DNA of 64,000 bases from Octopus bimaculoides. Lineage: Eukaryota. The notes below the pieces were generated by a model that was not told the origin of the DNA, ran no database searches, and saw nothing but the letters and a program-made list of their open reading frames with translations. Shown piece by piece: positions 13,651 through 26,870 of the stretch (within the stretch, counting starts at the first letter, position 1; each line of letters starts with the position of its first letter). The stretch is taken from positions 40,552,678 to 40,616,677 of the forward strand of contig NC_068982.1 in assembly GCF_001194135.2 (NCBI RefSeq), read 5' to 3'. The translations under genes and the position numbers were made by a program.

Positions 13651-14650
13651 TACACTGGGTGTTCATTAAAGATTTCCCCTAACTCACTTCCCAAAGACTG
13701 GGATAACCGAAACTTGGCATAATTACTACATAGCCACCACCAATGCTGACACTCTTCTCCCAGCGCTTTATGCAGCTGTGAAGGCCTTGTCTGTAGAAAC
13801 TGATAGGTTGCGTCTGGAGGCAAGAGTTTCTCTCGGAAATAAGTTCATCATCGTCTATAAAGTAATTTCCCTTAAAAAAAAACATCATATTTGGAAAGTG
13901 GTAGAAGTCAGATGGTGTGAGGTCGGGAGAGTAAGGGGAATGAGGAAGAATTTCATAGCCGCAGGAGTGTGCTTTCATCTGGGCAACATGCGTATTGTGA
14001 AATGGGATGTAATCTTGGAGGAGGCGGACTACTTTGGTCAGCATACCACGCCTCTCAGCTTTGACGGCGTCCCGCAATTTCTGCAGCAGAGAAGCATAAT
14101 ATGCCCCGTTACTTGTAGCGTCTTTTGCCAGAAAATCCATCATCTCTACTCTGCGCTGGGCCCAAAAGACTATAAGCATCACCTTGCCTGCTGAGGGTTG
14201 GACACGAGCCTTCTATGGAAGTGGTGAGTTATCATCTGTGTGATAAACCGAAAATATCCTCCTTGATTTCTTGGCACATTACAAAAAGAACCTGGGAGCA
14301 ATTGACACGCTCCTGCTTCTGAAAAGGCGTGAGCATCCAGGGAATCCATCGTGCAGATAACTTCCGTCTGTGCAAATGGTCGTGAATGATTATTTTCACA
14401 GGCCCTACACTTATCTTCACTTCTTGGGCTAGTTGCTGAATAGTTATGTGGTGATCCTCCAAAATGGCTGCTTCCACTTTAGTGACGGATTGTGGTCATA
14501 CAGGGATAGGAGCAGTTTTCACTGATGTCCGACCACGTTTGAACTGGCGATGCCAGTACTTGATTACGTCGTATAATAAACTTCTTTCATCGCATCGAAA
14601 GTCTCTTTTGGTGTACAACCTTTCAAGTATAAATACCTGATCACTGATCT
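13651..14650 (-). pseudogene. Mariner (DD34D) transposase pseudogene, 5'-truncated
   Basis: Fragments VIKYWHRQFKRGRTSV, KLSARWIPWMLT (WVPHxL-like), LLQDYIPFH and EILPHSPYSPDLTPSDFYHFP (YSPDLAPSD motif), ending RWEKSVSIGGGYV. The element is broken over several frames. A likely TIR starts at TAcactgggtg, 13651. Confidence 0.95.
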
Positions 14651-14693
<43 letters not shown>

Positions 14694-15775
14694 CATACAC
14701 ACTCACACATACTCACATGCATACATACAAGGAAAGGTTCACAATGACTTCAAAGTTTCAGATCAAATGCCTTTGTCAGATAGTCATTGACGAAGTTAAA
14801 AGTAATACTCTATTTATACGTACATACTGAATGATTCTTCAATTGTTTTGACTCTTTTTATATATAACTATGCATAAAGAACAAACACTAATATATGTCT
14901 ATATATTCATATGTATGTATGCATATATGATATTGTGGTAAGCTTAGCATACATATTTAACCTAAGAACGAACAAAAAAACATCAAATAACAAACAGGAC
15001 GTCTTCAGGCTGCAACGATGTGATAAAAAATCTCAGATATATCTTTAACGTTGTAGAACGTTAAAGATATACCAATATATAAATTTATGTATACTGTGTG
15101 TAGTATGCTACCTACCAATGAAACTGTTCTTACAAGAATTATGTCCGTAGGAAAGAGTACACTCATGAAAAGACCAAAGGCACCATAAATACAGAATTTA
15201 TTCACATGTTTTAAAACAGAAATGTTTTGAAACATTTAGATGATATCTTCTCGCTCTTGCATCGATTTTTTCCTAAAAGCAGCAAAAAAATATATACAAT
15301 TGTGAAGATAAGCTGTTGCTTTTAAAGTTCCGAATATAGAGACTATCTCCAGTTAATTGATATGCAACTTATAGTTTGCGTTGTTTTTTTTTGTTTTTTG
15401 TTTTTTAATTTGCTAGAGATATTTATTGAATCATATATAATCAGTTGTACTCTTAAATATGGCAGAAACGTTTACACAACAATCTAAGAAATACAGGAAT
15501 TCTTTAGGAAAGAATAGAACAAACTTAATTACATTCTCTTGGCGTATCGGTCATTGACACAGAAATATGAAAAACCATTTCGAAAATTCTTCATTTGCAT
15601 TCGTTAATGATAAATATTAGTACATATATAGACTCATGCATGTGAAAACACAAGCGTTGATTTAATTCGAAATCCAATAAAATAGATTTGCGGTTTGGTA
15701 GCTACAAGCACTTAATATGATGGAAACAAGAAAACCTAACCAATGATCAAGAAATACATATTTACATGTGTATAT

Positions 15776-15810
<35 letters not shown>

Positions 15811-16135
15811 NNNNNNNNNNNNNNNNNNNNNNNNNNNNNNNNTACAAAAAAAAGTGGATTTTTTTTGTATGATTGTGTATAGAGGAATATATTATTTTGC
15901 TTAAAAGAGTTCCAACACTGTCTGTTTTTTATGTTTTATTTATATTCCTGCAGAACTAATGTGGGGTATAGAATATGGAATATACAATATATAATATAAT
16001 ATACAATATATAATATAAAATAAAATAAAAATGGATGGCACCATGAAATAAAGTATTGAATGTAGATGAAATATTGAGTGTTCAATATAAAGGATCAAAT
16101 ATATAAATATATAAATATAAATATATATATATAAA

Positions 16136-16175
16136 GGCGACTCGAGTTTCAGGGCTATTTCCCTTCGTCATGGCC
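16136..16175 (-). ncRNA. Minimal type I hammerhead ribozyme-like motif (one-base insertion in core)
   Basis: Minus strand reads GGC C(A)TGACGA AGGG aaatag CCCT GAAAC TCGA GTC GCC. Stem I is GGC/GCC, stem II is AGGG/CCCT, stem III is the palindrome ACTCGAGT, and the cleavage triplet is GUC. Confidence 0.65.
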
Positions 16176-16971
16176 GGTATGACATATATATATACATGTG
16201 TATATACATGTGTAAATAGACCACAAATACATACTTTTAGCCTCCTGCACAATATTATTGAAATACTTTAGTGAAAATATCCTCAAAATAGAAACAAACA
16301 CTATTTTAGTAACATAGAATAAAAATAAATATGTAATTAAATAAATACGCAGGTAACCTGAAAATTGAGGAGATCAACTGCCCGGAAGATATATCATATT
16401 CAAATAGGAGACATTTTAAAACAGTTACTTCGGAGACTAGAGCATCAATAGGAAGTGAGAGGAAGGGTGTGGTTCCATTGAAATAAAGTTAGATCTCTCA
16501 TTGCGTTCAGTTACAATCCCACAACGGCTTCCTTTTCTCTACTTTCTGTCGAAAGTCAATTGCCCGAAGCGTTTAACTTCCCTCACAACAATGGGATTTA
16601 ACAACATTATGCAAAATTCACATTTAAATTAACTGTTGCATATACGCACACACTCTCACTGGTTCCCGTATTTCAGCTTTTAGCTAGCTTCAAAAGATTG
16701 ATTATACGTTTACATTCGGTAATGTCAAGAGTGCACAGAAATATTGAAAAATTGGAGTTTTCGGATAAAGGAAAGAAAAGAATTGATGCCTTTATTTAAA
16801 TATAATCTGTAGGTAACCATAACCCTCGTAAACTAGATTAGCTTGGCAATATATGCTATCACTAATGGCTTTTGGTGCCTATGTAGTCACAATGTTAGAT
16901 AGAGGACTGCCTCAGCACTTGCCTGATGTACACTTTCAGCTGAGTATACTTGAACAACGTGAAATACAGTG

Positions 16972-17060
16972 CCCTCCTTAGGTGCACAACCCGCCCATGC
17001 AGAAATCGAGCACACGCCCTTTTGACTGGGAACCCAACACTGTAGCCACCAAGCTACGCG
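16972..17060 (-). mobile_element. tRNA-like head of SINE family D
   Basis: Reverse complement reads cgtagcttggtggctacagtgttgg..gtgtgctcgatttctgcatgggcgggttgtgc, matching the head at 30650-30712. Confidence 0.6.
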
Positions 17061-17649
17061 GAATAGTAAAGACATACAATATATTTCTGAAGGTTAGTAT
17101 TATCCATGACAGTAGGTTTTGCAGTGTCGAAATTACATTAAGTGACCCTTGAACAATATACGCACAATGATTCAGGTAAGGCGTTATATTACTCACCTAA
17201 AGTTATTCAAACGGACACTGAGTCTTAAAGTGCAACTGTATTTGCTGCTACTGTTTCAGTGATATACTGTATTGTGATACTTTCTACTTAGAACTTCTTA
17301 GACCTTCTGCTTCCCAGACTTCTCCACACCTACTACGAGTATCTCTTGAAATCAATGAACAGGTGAGCTTTCACTAAGAACATCAATACAAAAGAAAATT
17401 CACTTTATTTCTAACCAGGAAATATTCATGGAAATAATTACATTTGCTCCTTACTTACAGGACTAATCGTATTTACTTACCAACGAAATAGCTACAGCTA
17501 CATCTAAACCTACTGATAAAAATTTTAATTTATCTTGTGTCTTGAATATACATTTCTGTAAATATTATCAATACATACAAGTGTATTTTTCAAAACTGTT
17601 GACTTCATCTATAAAGATGAAAAATGTATTAATAGCTTTCTACATTTAA

Positions 17650-17850
17650 GGCGCCGAGCTGGCACGCCGGGCAAAATGCTTAACCGCTATTCGTCCGTCT
17701 TTACGTTCTGAGTACAAATTCCGCCGAGGTCGACTTTGCCATTCATTCTTTCGGGGTCGATAAAACAAGTAACAGTTGAATACTGGGGTCAATGTAATCG
17801 ATTTAACCCGCCCCTAAAATTGCTGGTCCTGTACCAAAATTTGAAAGTAA
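17650..17850 (+). mobile_element. SINE family A
   Basis: ggcgccgagctggcacgccgggcaaaatgc..ccgaggtcgactttgcc..ggtcctgtaccaaaatttgaaa. Confidence 0.9.
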
Positions 17851-18143
17851 TATTCACCCTATTTTCTAGACTGGGGAGAGTCATTCTCATTTTGTACCTT
17901 ATTATTTAACACACTCACCGGGTCAGTTTCCACTCATTTACTTCTTTATTTTTTCAAAAATTTTCGTTGCGTCTTGCAACCGTTTCAACAATTGTTGACT
18001 CTGTCCGTTATCCGAGCTGCGTTCTTTTTGTTTGTTCGTGCGCATGTATACGGGTCAGTGTGCGTGCACATACACATATGTATGTATTTATACATGTATG
18101 TGTGTGTCTGCATGTAAATGTGTGTGTGTGTATGCAAAGATGC

Positions 18144-18230
<87 letters not shown>

Positions 18231-18301
18231 TTTGTATATATGTATTCTGCATATTCATGTGTTTGTATATGTGTGTGTATTTGCATGTGCGTGTGTGTTT
18301 G

Positions 18302-18348
<47 letters not shown>

Positions 18349-18971
18349 CTCTGTGTCATTATGTGTGCATGTCTGAGTGTGTCTGTGAATGGGTTTTTGT
18401 GACTATGTACGCGCGTCTGTTATGTATGGATGTGTGTCTCCATATGCGTCTTTGTGTGAATTGTGCGTGTGTGTATATGGTCATGTGTTTCAGTCTTCAT
18501 TTTCGTATGTATGTGTGTATGTGTGCTTGTTTGTTCATATTACCTGTGTACCTATCTATCTATATGTCTATCTGTTTACATTCATATGTAATTTCACTCT
18601 ACCCATCTACCCATTTTCACGGCATATGAAAAGTATCATCTCTGACCATTGCCAGACCTCGAGCCTGTCAGATAAAGAGAAGGTAAAAAAAAATACTTCT
18701 CACGGTTTGTTGCTAGCCACTACTTTGATCTCTATAAATAACCCAGTTATAATTCAATGGCCACTGGTGAGTCTGCTAGCAAATAGGGTAGAGTCCTTAT
18801 ATGTTGCTCACGAGACCGAACGCATAGTCGCATCTAGTGGGTGACTACCACCGATGAGGAACTACTATCAGCTGGATCGTCTAACAAACAGATCACACTT
18901 CTGCGACTCATGCTATAGGATACACTACATTTAGATATCGAGTGAGCCACAAATTTAAAACCTGACTCCCT

Positions 18972-19330
18972 GCAACGGAGTGAAATCTTCTATGAGTCAA
19001 GTGATATTCCTAAAACTGAATTAAGCTGTTATCAGTAATGGCGAACCTTTTTATCCTAATTTGTTATTGTAGTTTCACTTACATTTATAAATGAACTTTA
19101 GTCTTAGACAACTACTTTGTAGATAAGATTCTTATAAAATAATACTGCAATGGAATGAAATCCGCTAAGAGTCAAGTGGTGTTCTTAAAATTTGTTTGGA
19201 TCCCGATGTTACCACTAATGGTGAACCTTTTGTAACCTAATCGGTTATTGTAGTTTTACTTACATTTATAGATGGATTTTAGTCTTAGACAAATGCTTTG
19301 TAGATAAGGTTCTTATAAAATCATATTGTA
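18972..19330 (+). repeat. Diverged tandem duplication, unit about 177 bp, two copies
   Basis: caacggagtgaaatc..ttagtcttagacaactactttgtagataagattcttataaaat recurs as caatggaatgaaatc..ttagtcttagacaaatgctttgtagataaggttcttataaaat. Confidence 0.85.
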
Positions 19331-19415
19331 AGGTTTTTTGGGGTTTTTTTCCGATGTCCATGGTGAGTCACCTTGTAAAATATAACTACTGACATTCGCT
19401 ATAGTCGGTCAAGAA

Positions 19416-19709
19416 CAGGGATCCTCAACTACCAGGCCGCAAACCACTACTGGGCTGGAGATCATTTGGTAGCGGATTGCACAGAAAGAATAATTTTTTT
19501 TTTCTATTTCGTTGACTATCACAGCTTTCAGGATGTTTTTTTGCATTATATATGTATTACACATATAATAATATTGCATTATATATGAAATAATTAAAAT
19601 ATATAAACTGTGCATTTTATTGTTCTGTTATGCACGTGATCCTCCGATCCGTGGAAAAACTGCTTTGCATGAAATCAGTCCCTGGAGCAAAATAAGTTTG
19701 GGACTGCTG
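19416..19709. mobile_element. hAT/Charlie-like MITE (MER1-like ends)
   Basis: Left end cagggatcctcaac..caggccgc; right end tccgtggaaaaactg..catgaaatcagtccctggagcaaaataagtttgggactgctg. Confidence 0.75.
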
Positions 19710-19764
19710 GCCTGCAAGTTCTTTATATCCAGCCATAAGGTTTTTAGCACTACTAATGGCAGCA

Positions 19765-19985
19765 AATATTCTTTTCTACTCTAGGCACAAGGCCCGAAAT
19801 TTCGGGTGAGGGGGCCAGTCGATTAACTCGACTCCAGTGCGCAACTGATACTTAGTTTATCGACCGCGAAAGGATGAAAAGTAAAGTCGACCTCGACGAA
19901 ATTTCAACTCAGAACGTAAAGGCAGACGAAATACCGTTAAGCATTTCTCCCGGCGTGCTAACGATTCTGCCAGCTCGCCGCCTTA
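19765..19985 (-). mobile_element. SINE family A
   Basis: Reverse complement of a full family A copy, ending ctgccagctcgccgcc on the plus strand. Confidence 0.92.
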
Positions 19986-20284
19986 ATAGCTACTAATATT
20001 GCATAATATAAAAGTGGCAAATTCAGAGTGTAAGGTACATACTTCATGAAAGCCGAGACATGGAAACAAACTCAGTCCTTCATTGAAGTCAATTCACATC
20101 AGTTGAGTGGCAAAGATATAAGCGCCATGTATTCTACATACTTTGATTGCCCTTAACAAAAACAAGATTTTTATACTAAGAAAATATCGTCAGACAAATG
20201 AAATCAATATTTCATAATAAAGTAACAATATTTAATTAGATCTCTTTTGGCTTACCTTTTCTCATTCCCTCACTTTCTCTCTCT

Positions 20285-20360
<76 letters not shown>

Positions 20361-20796
20361 TCTCTCTCTCTCTCATGCGTGTGTGCGCGTATGTATGCGT
20401 GTTAATTAATATCTAGATTTAATCTACATTTTCTTTCTCCACCTCGCCTCTCTCTCTCTCTTACTCCTTCTCACCTTCTCTTATATAAAGATATCTATAT
20501 ATGTATGTACGTATTTATGTATATGTGTACATATGTATGTATTCGTAATTTAATATTGTGTATGGGTGTATGTGTGTGTGTTTGTGTGTGTGTGAGTCAG
20601 TGAGTGTATTTATATTAATGCGATTAATGTATGTCTTTATTTAATGTTTAGATCGAATCCACTCCTTATTTTTCGAATGCGCTCTCCTTCTCAGTGTATA
20701 TGAGTGCAGATATGTTTGTCAATATCCATGTTTCCACCGGTGTATAAAAATTACGACCGTATGTTGCTGTTTTATTAATTTTTTTTTTTTTTATAC

Positions 20797-20966
20797 ACCA
20801 TATTTAATCGTGTATAAGCGGCACCTTCTAATTTAGTGTTAAGTCTTGGAACAGAATATTTTCTCTTCACAGCTCTAACTCTGCTCTATATATAAGTCAC
20901 ACCCCAGTTTTTGCCAGTTAAAATCAGATATAAAATAGTAAAACTTATATTCATATAAATACGGTA
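20797..20966. mobile_element. Tc2/pogo-like MITE
   Basis: Ends ccatattt..gtataagcggcacc and aacttatattcatataaatacggTA resemble CCGTATTT..AAATACGG termini. Confidence 0.55.
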
Positions 20967-21087
20967 TGTTGCAGTTAATTTATCTCAGGTTAAAGGATCT
21001 TTATTTCACATCTAATAACCCACCATTGAAACTGTGAAACAGCGTTTGCTAGCTAGCTAGCTAGATAGGAAAAATATGCGTGCATGC

Positions 21088-21123
<36 letters not shown>

Positions 21124-21489
21124 NNNNNNNNNNNNNNNNNNNNNNNNNNNNNNNNNNNNNNNNNNNNNNNNNNNNNNNNNNNNNNNNNNNNNNNNNNNNN
21201 NNNNNNNNNNNNNNNNNNNNNNNNNNNNNNNNNNNNNNNNNNNNNNNNNNNNNNNNNNNNNNNNNNNNNNNNNNNNNNNNNNNNNNNNNNNNNNNNNNNN
21301 NNNNNNNNNNNNNNNNNNNNNNNNNNNNNNNNNNNNNNNNNNNNNNNNNNNNNNNNNNNNNNNNNNNNNNNNNNNNNNNNNNNNNNNNNNNNNNNNNNNN
21401 NNNNNNNNNNNNNNNNNNNNNNNNNNNNNNNNNNNNNNNNNNNNNNNNNNNNNNNNNNNNNNNNNNNNNNNNNNNNNNTATATATATAT

Positions 21490-21905
21490 AGGCGTGGCTC
21501 TGAAGTAAAAAGTTTGCTTTCCAACAACACGATTCCAGGTTCAGTCCCACTGTGTGTACTTTGGGCAAGTTTCTGTTAGTATAGCTGACCAAAGCTTTGT
21601 AAATGGTTTTGGTAGACTTAAACTGAAAGAAGCCTGTTACATATATATGCATGTATATATGTATGTGTGTGTGTGCGCGTGCGCGTATGTGTAGGTGTGT
21701 ATTTATGTGCGCGTGTGTGTGTCTTGTGTATATGTCTGCGCGTATCTCTGTGTTTGTCTCCCACCACCGGTTGGCATCCAATGCTGGTTTGTTTACGTCC
21801 CAATAATTTAACAGTTCTGCGAAAAGTGACCGATTGTACCAGACTGAAAAAATAGGTAAGTACAGCCGCAGTCTAATGACTGAAACAAGTAAAAAAGATA
21901 AAGAG
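21490..21905 (+). mobile_element. SINE family B, full length with internal TA/TG microsatellite
   Basis: Head ggcgtggct..ggttcagtcccactg; 3' half tttacgtcccaataa..gccgcagtctaatgactgaaacaagtaaaaaaga. Confidence 0.88.
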
Positions 21906-22006
21906 ATATATATCGAATATTCTTCACGAGCTCTCAGAACTAATTATCAAAAATCCGCATTTAATTAGAAATGCCAACTTTTGTTGTTTCACATACATAA
22001 TGACTT

Positions 22007-22041
<35 letters not shown>

Positions 22042-22461
22042 TTTTGCTACGTTCCACTTCAACATTTCAATTCATAGAGCGGGGTTTAGTTTGAAGTGTT
22101 ATCATTATGTAGTCTAAACTGTAAAGTCTTCTCCTCGCCGCTGTTGTTTGTTTGTATAGAGATATTTATCCTCCTGCAACGAAATAGCAAAAGCAAGCAA
22201 TACGAAGTATAAAGACTGCGCTAGAAAACAAATCTGGATATTACAAACAGAATAAAAAATATTTTGCTTCCGAAATATAAAATATATAAAAAAAAAAAAA
22301 AACGGGTAAACATACAAATTTACGGTTTGGCATTAGAAATATTCGCACGATCGATTAAGTAGAAATCAGACGACTAAGACATTTTTGTCATTACGCTAAG
22401 TATATTTTGATGACAGCTGCTCAAAAATAAGGAAGACCCACATTGATCGTTTCCTGAACCG

Positions 22462-22534
<73 letters not shown>

Positions 22535-22779
22535 TGCAATGCAGAACATCATTGAGTTTATCTTGTAAAGAGAAAAACGATTAAAGAAGAAAGAAGTGCG
22601 TCACAAGACAAAGATTATTGCAACTAATGAATGACAACGTGATAGGTGCTTAAATGTAGAAAATACATACACCCACTTACAGACGAGTATGTAATATGNN
22701 NNNNNNNNNNNNNNNNNNNNNNNNNNNNNNNNNNNNNNNNNNNNNNNNNNNNNNNNNNNNNNNNNNNNNNNNNNNNNNN

Positions 22780-22930
22780 GGCGATTTTTTCTTCCTCCGT
22801 TTTCCCCTTATTTGAACTTTCCTTGTTTCCGACGAAGAGCTCCGCTCGAAACGTCATATTCTCTCTCTTTCCTTTCCCGAGCGTCTAGTAACACAATCTG
22901 TATCACGTCCTCACGTTGTTGTTTTTTTGT
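22780..22930 (+). mobile_element. Penelope-type terminal repeat fragment with a degenerate hammerhead motif (22825-22859)
   Basis: gttt CCGACGA A GAGC tcc GCTC GAAAC GTC atat, followed by cccgagcgtc as in the copy at 53602. It carries a U4-to-C change and a weak stem I. Confidence 0.6.
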
Positions 22931-24106
22931 TGTTGTTTTTTTGTCTTTTTCCTTTTTTGAACCTATATATATATATAATTATAACGACAGAGAATATGGA
23001 GACTGGTACATCCTCAAAATATATTTCCTTTTATTGTACAGTGTCATACACCATATTTTAATGGTTGTTACGACCTACATGTATTACCACTGCACAGTGT
23101 ATGGGCAGTTTCACATGCAACCGGGCATAATTTTTTGTGCAGCTTCATTCAGGGTCTGTCCACCAGCTAGTCTCGGAGCGAACTGGTCGTAAATAACCAT
23201 AGATACGATGGGTCGAAACAGCTGTAGTGATTAATAAAGAATCTCCTGAATTCCATTTTATTTCTCTCGTATATTATAAACTCTACGGACACAAAGGAAT
23301 TCCTGAAATAAATCCAGTGGCCGTTACATCTTTACTGTTCTTGACATTAGGTAGCCGAATACAGTGAAAGGGCATTAAACGGCATACTATAAGGTCTATA
23401 CACAAATTTAAAATTATTACTTATACATACATACATACATACATACATACATACATACATGAATGTATTGTTATGTATACCTATAATATAATGAAGGGAA
23501 AGAACTTACAATATTTTCCGAACGTGGCGAGATAAACGTTTGTCAACGACCTTTTGGCAGAAGTGAAATAACGTTGGTATGGATAACAAATATATATACA
23601 AGAAGTTAGCATGGTACGAGATAGATAATCTCGTTTACTTCCTGTTAACGAGCAAGGCAGGTAATCTCGTACTTCCTTGTTGCGGCAAAACGAGAGACAG
23701 AGCTGCATACAGGTCGGACCGTTCACCACCTACATTTAAACAATTGAGGACTGGACATAATCTCAATCTTCAAACATTAATTTCCCTGTTTGAACAACCT
23801 TTTTTTACATTAGAATTTGTCTGATCGTAACAGTATGTATGTAATGTATGTATGTATGTAGGAAAATATGATAAACACAGGGTGCAGTTTATATTATTTG
23901 TTCCCTACATACGTTTTGCCAATGTGGTTATTTTCATTNNNNNNNNNNNNNNNNNNNNNNNNNNNNNNNNNNNNNNNNNNNNNNNNNNNNNNNNNNNNNN
24001 NNNNNNNNNNNNNNNNNNNNNNNNNNNNNNNNNNNNNNNNNNNNNNNNNNNNNNNNNNNNNNNNNNNNNNNNNNNNNNNNNNNNNNNNNNNNNNNNNNNN
24101 NNNNNN

Positions 24107-24172
<66 letters not shown>

Positions 24173-24734
24173 ATGCGTGCGTGTTTAACAAAAATATACA
24201 AGTAAAACTACGTTAGACGTGCACCTCCTTCCCAATCCATAACATGAGAAATAAACATTTAACCTAGTATTATGAACCGAAACAGTTGAAAGCAAATATA
24301 TGTTAATGTGCTTTTTACATTTTACTATTATAAACACAAACATTTCAGAGAAATTGTGTTGCTATGTACCTATGTTATGTTTAATAGATTTCGTTTCTCT
24401 GTTTATGTTTTTTAATTTCTTCGCAAATTCTCGAGTCCAACCAATTATTTAACATATTGACAGTGTTATGCAACGTTTTTCATGTCAAAATATTTTACGG
24501 AAAAATATCAAAAGTTTGAAACATAAAAGCCGAAGATTAACAACTAATGTAGACTTCCTCGTTTCAGCAGTTTCCAAGATACCAGAACAGACATATTAGC
24601 AATAAAGCAAATATAGCCGTGATTATTGGCATCTACTGTTTTGAGAGATTGATTTGTTGGCGAAAGGAGAGATTACAGTAAAATCGTTCTTGAAACGAAT
24701 CCATGAAACTAGAAGGGAAATTCAGCAGAAAATT

Positions 24735-25135
24735 GTTGTTGTTGTTGTTGTGGTTGTTGGCACTCCGTCGCTTACGACGTCGAGGGTTCCAGTTGATTCG
24801 ATCAACGGAACAGCTTGCTTGTGAAATTAACGTGCAAGTGGCTGAGCACTCCACAGATACGTGTATCCTTTTAATGTAGTTCTCGAGGAGATTCAGTGTG
24901 ACACAGTTTGACAAGGCTGACCCTTTGAATTACAGGTACAACAGAAACAGGAAGAAGGGGTAAGAGAAAGTTGTGGTGAGAGACTACAGCAGGGTTCACC
25001 ACAATCCTCTGCCGGAGCCTCGTGGAGCTTTAGATGTTTTTCGGTCAACAAACACTCACAACGCCCGGTCTGGAATTGAAACCGCGATCCTATGACCGCG
25101 AGTCCGCTGCCCTAACTACTGGGTCATTCTGACTC
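24735..25135 (-). mobile_element. SINE family C, full length with (CAA)n tail
   Basis: Reverse complement of the copy at 56538-56898, with a (ttg)n run on the plus strand at its 3' end. Confidence 0.9.
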
Positions 25136-25517
25136 CACTTCAGCAGAAAATAATACATAGGAAAATAAACGAGAATTTGTGTTAGTAATAACTTACCTAA
25201 AATCTCATATTGTGTCTATATTCAAAACGATAACACATTAAGATNNNNNNNNNNNNNNNNNNNNNNNNNNNNNNNNNNNNNNNNNNNNNNNNNNNNNNNN
25301 NNNNNNNNNNNNNNNNNNNNNNNNNNNNNNNNNNNNNNNNNNNNNNNNNNNNNNNNNNNNNNNNNNNNNNNNNNNNNNNNNNNNNNNNNNNNNNNNNNNN
25401 NNNNNNNNNNNNNNNNNNNNNNNNNNNNNNNNNNNNNNNNNNNNNNNNNNNNNNNNNNNNNNNNNNNNNNNNNNNNNNNNNNNNNNNNNNNNNNNNNNNN
25501 NNNNNNNNNNNNNNNNN

Positions 25518-25630
25518 AGAGCAACGTGAAATGAAGTGCTTTGCTCAAGAACAAAACTCAACGCCTGGTCTGGGAATAGAAACCATGATCTCGCAATCGT
25601 GAGTGCAACATCCAAACCACTAAGCCATGC
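25518..25630 (-). mobile_element. SINE family D, 5' part
   Basis: gagcaacgtgaaatgaagtgctttgctcaagaac..caacatccaaaccactaagcc matches 30590-30700. Confidence 0.8.
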
Positions 25631-26044
25631 ATATATAAATATATATATATATATATGATTTGAAGAAAAACAACAAAAATTCAATAGGTTATAGCAGTAC
25701 GTACGTTTCGTACAAGCTCCACTTATTCATGTAGTGAGAACACTACATAGAATGTACAATGAAAATGTACTCCTCAGCTGCATAATGGAATTTCATTTTA
25801 GAAAGACATTTTGTAGATGTGTGCAAAAACAAGAGTAGGAGAAGAAAACATACCGTCTTGACTATGCTGCCGTTCAACAGTATAGTGAATCAAACAAGAA
25901 TTTAAATTCTATATAATCTAATTGGAGGCGTAATAGTAATTTCAAATTTAGAGGAAGGTAGATTAAGTAGAGATGGACAGCAGGTTAGGGGTAATCTTTT
26001 GATTAAATCTATATTATTATATATATATGTGTGTATATTCTTTT

Positions 26045-26237
26045 ATTATTTTACTTGTTTCAGTTATTTGACAGCGGCAATGCTGGAGCACTGCCTTTAG
26101 TCGAGTAAATTGACCCCAGGACTTATTCTTTGTAAGTGCCTAGTACTTATTCTATCGTTCTCTTTTGCCGAACCGCTAGGTTACGGGGACGTAAACACAC
26201 CACTATCGGTTGTCAAGCGATGTTGGGGGGACAAACA

Positions 26238-26288
<51 letters not shown>

Positions 26289-26290
26289 GA
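26045..26290 (-). mobile_element. SINE family B, 3' half ending at a (CA)n tract
   Basis: ttttacttgtttcagttatttgacagcggcaatgctggagcactgcc..ttacggggacgtaaacacacc..gggggacaaacagacacac. Confidence 0.9.
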
Positions 26291-26595
26291 GTGTTTTGCA
26301 CTTTTCGTTCAAAGGATCGGTTACACCTTTTTCCTACGGGACTATAAGCTCAATCAGGATGATCTTTACCACATCTGCATTCAGGCTTATCTGAACAACG
26401 TGGGAGAACAGTAGGTTTTCACCGTAGTCTACCTTTATATGCCAGGATTTTTCCTTTTGCAGAAGATTGTTTCCCTCCTCTCTATGTTTGCTTTTTCACT
26501 CCCTCACGAAATTGATTAATAGTGTTGGTTTTCCTTGCATTCTCTGTCCATTCTCCATAGAGTTAGTAACTATTTAGGAACACCTTGTAATGGCA

Positions 26596-26651
<56 letters not shown>

Positions 26652-26870
26652 CTTGGTTGAGAGCTGTTTGACAACCAGAGAGGATGTGTGCCATGGTGCC
26701 CCTTTCTTTCTCTGCAAAGCGTGTACAGCTGATTTGCCTTCATGCTCTTGACCCACTTCTGAAGATTTGTTGATATCGGAAGCAAGGGTGACAGACTACT
26801 CGTGGCAGGAAGGAAATGCAGAAAAATTTCAGTTTTCATTAGATCTGTCAATGGTAGAAGATACTTGATC
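26290..26870 (-). mobile_element. HERO/NeSL-type (RLE) LINE C-terminal relic interrupted by (TA)n
   Basis: Fragments LLPISTNLQKW, RGTMAHILSGCQTALNQ (CCHC finger), WCHYKV, INFVRE and SWHIKVDYGENLLFSHVVQISLNADVVKIILIELIVP*EKG (decayed PD..ExxVPW endonuclease). Confidence 0.8.

Noticed and set aside
23190-23240. gggtcGAAAC-AGCT-GTA hammerhead 3' half
   Set aside because: The CUGANGA half is unrecognisable, so it is at most a decayed PLE terminus.
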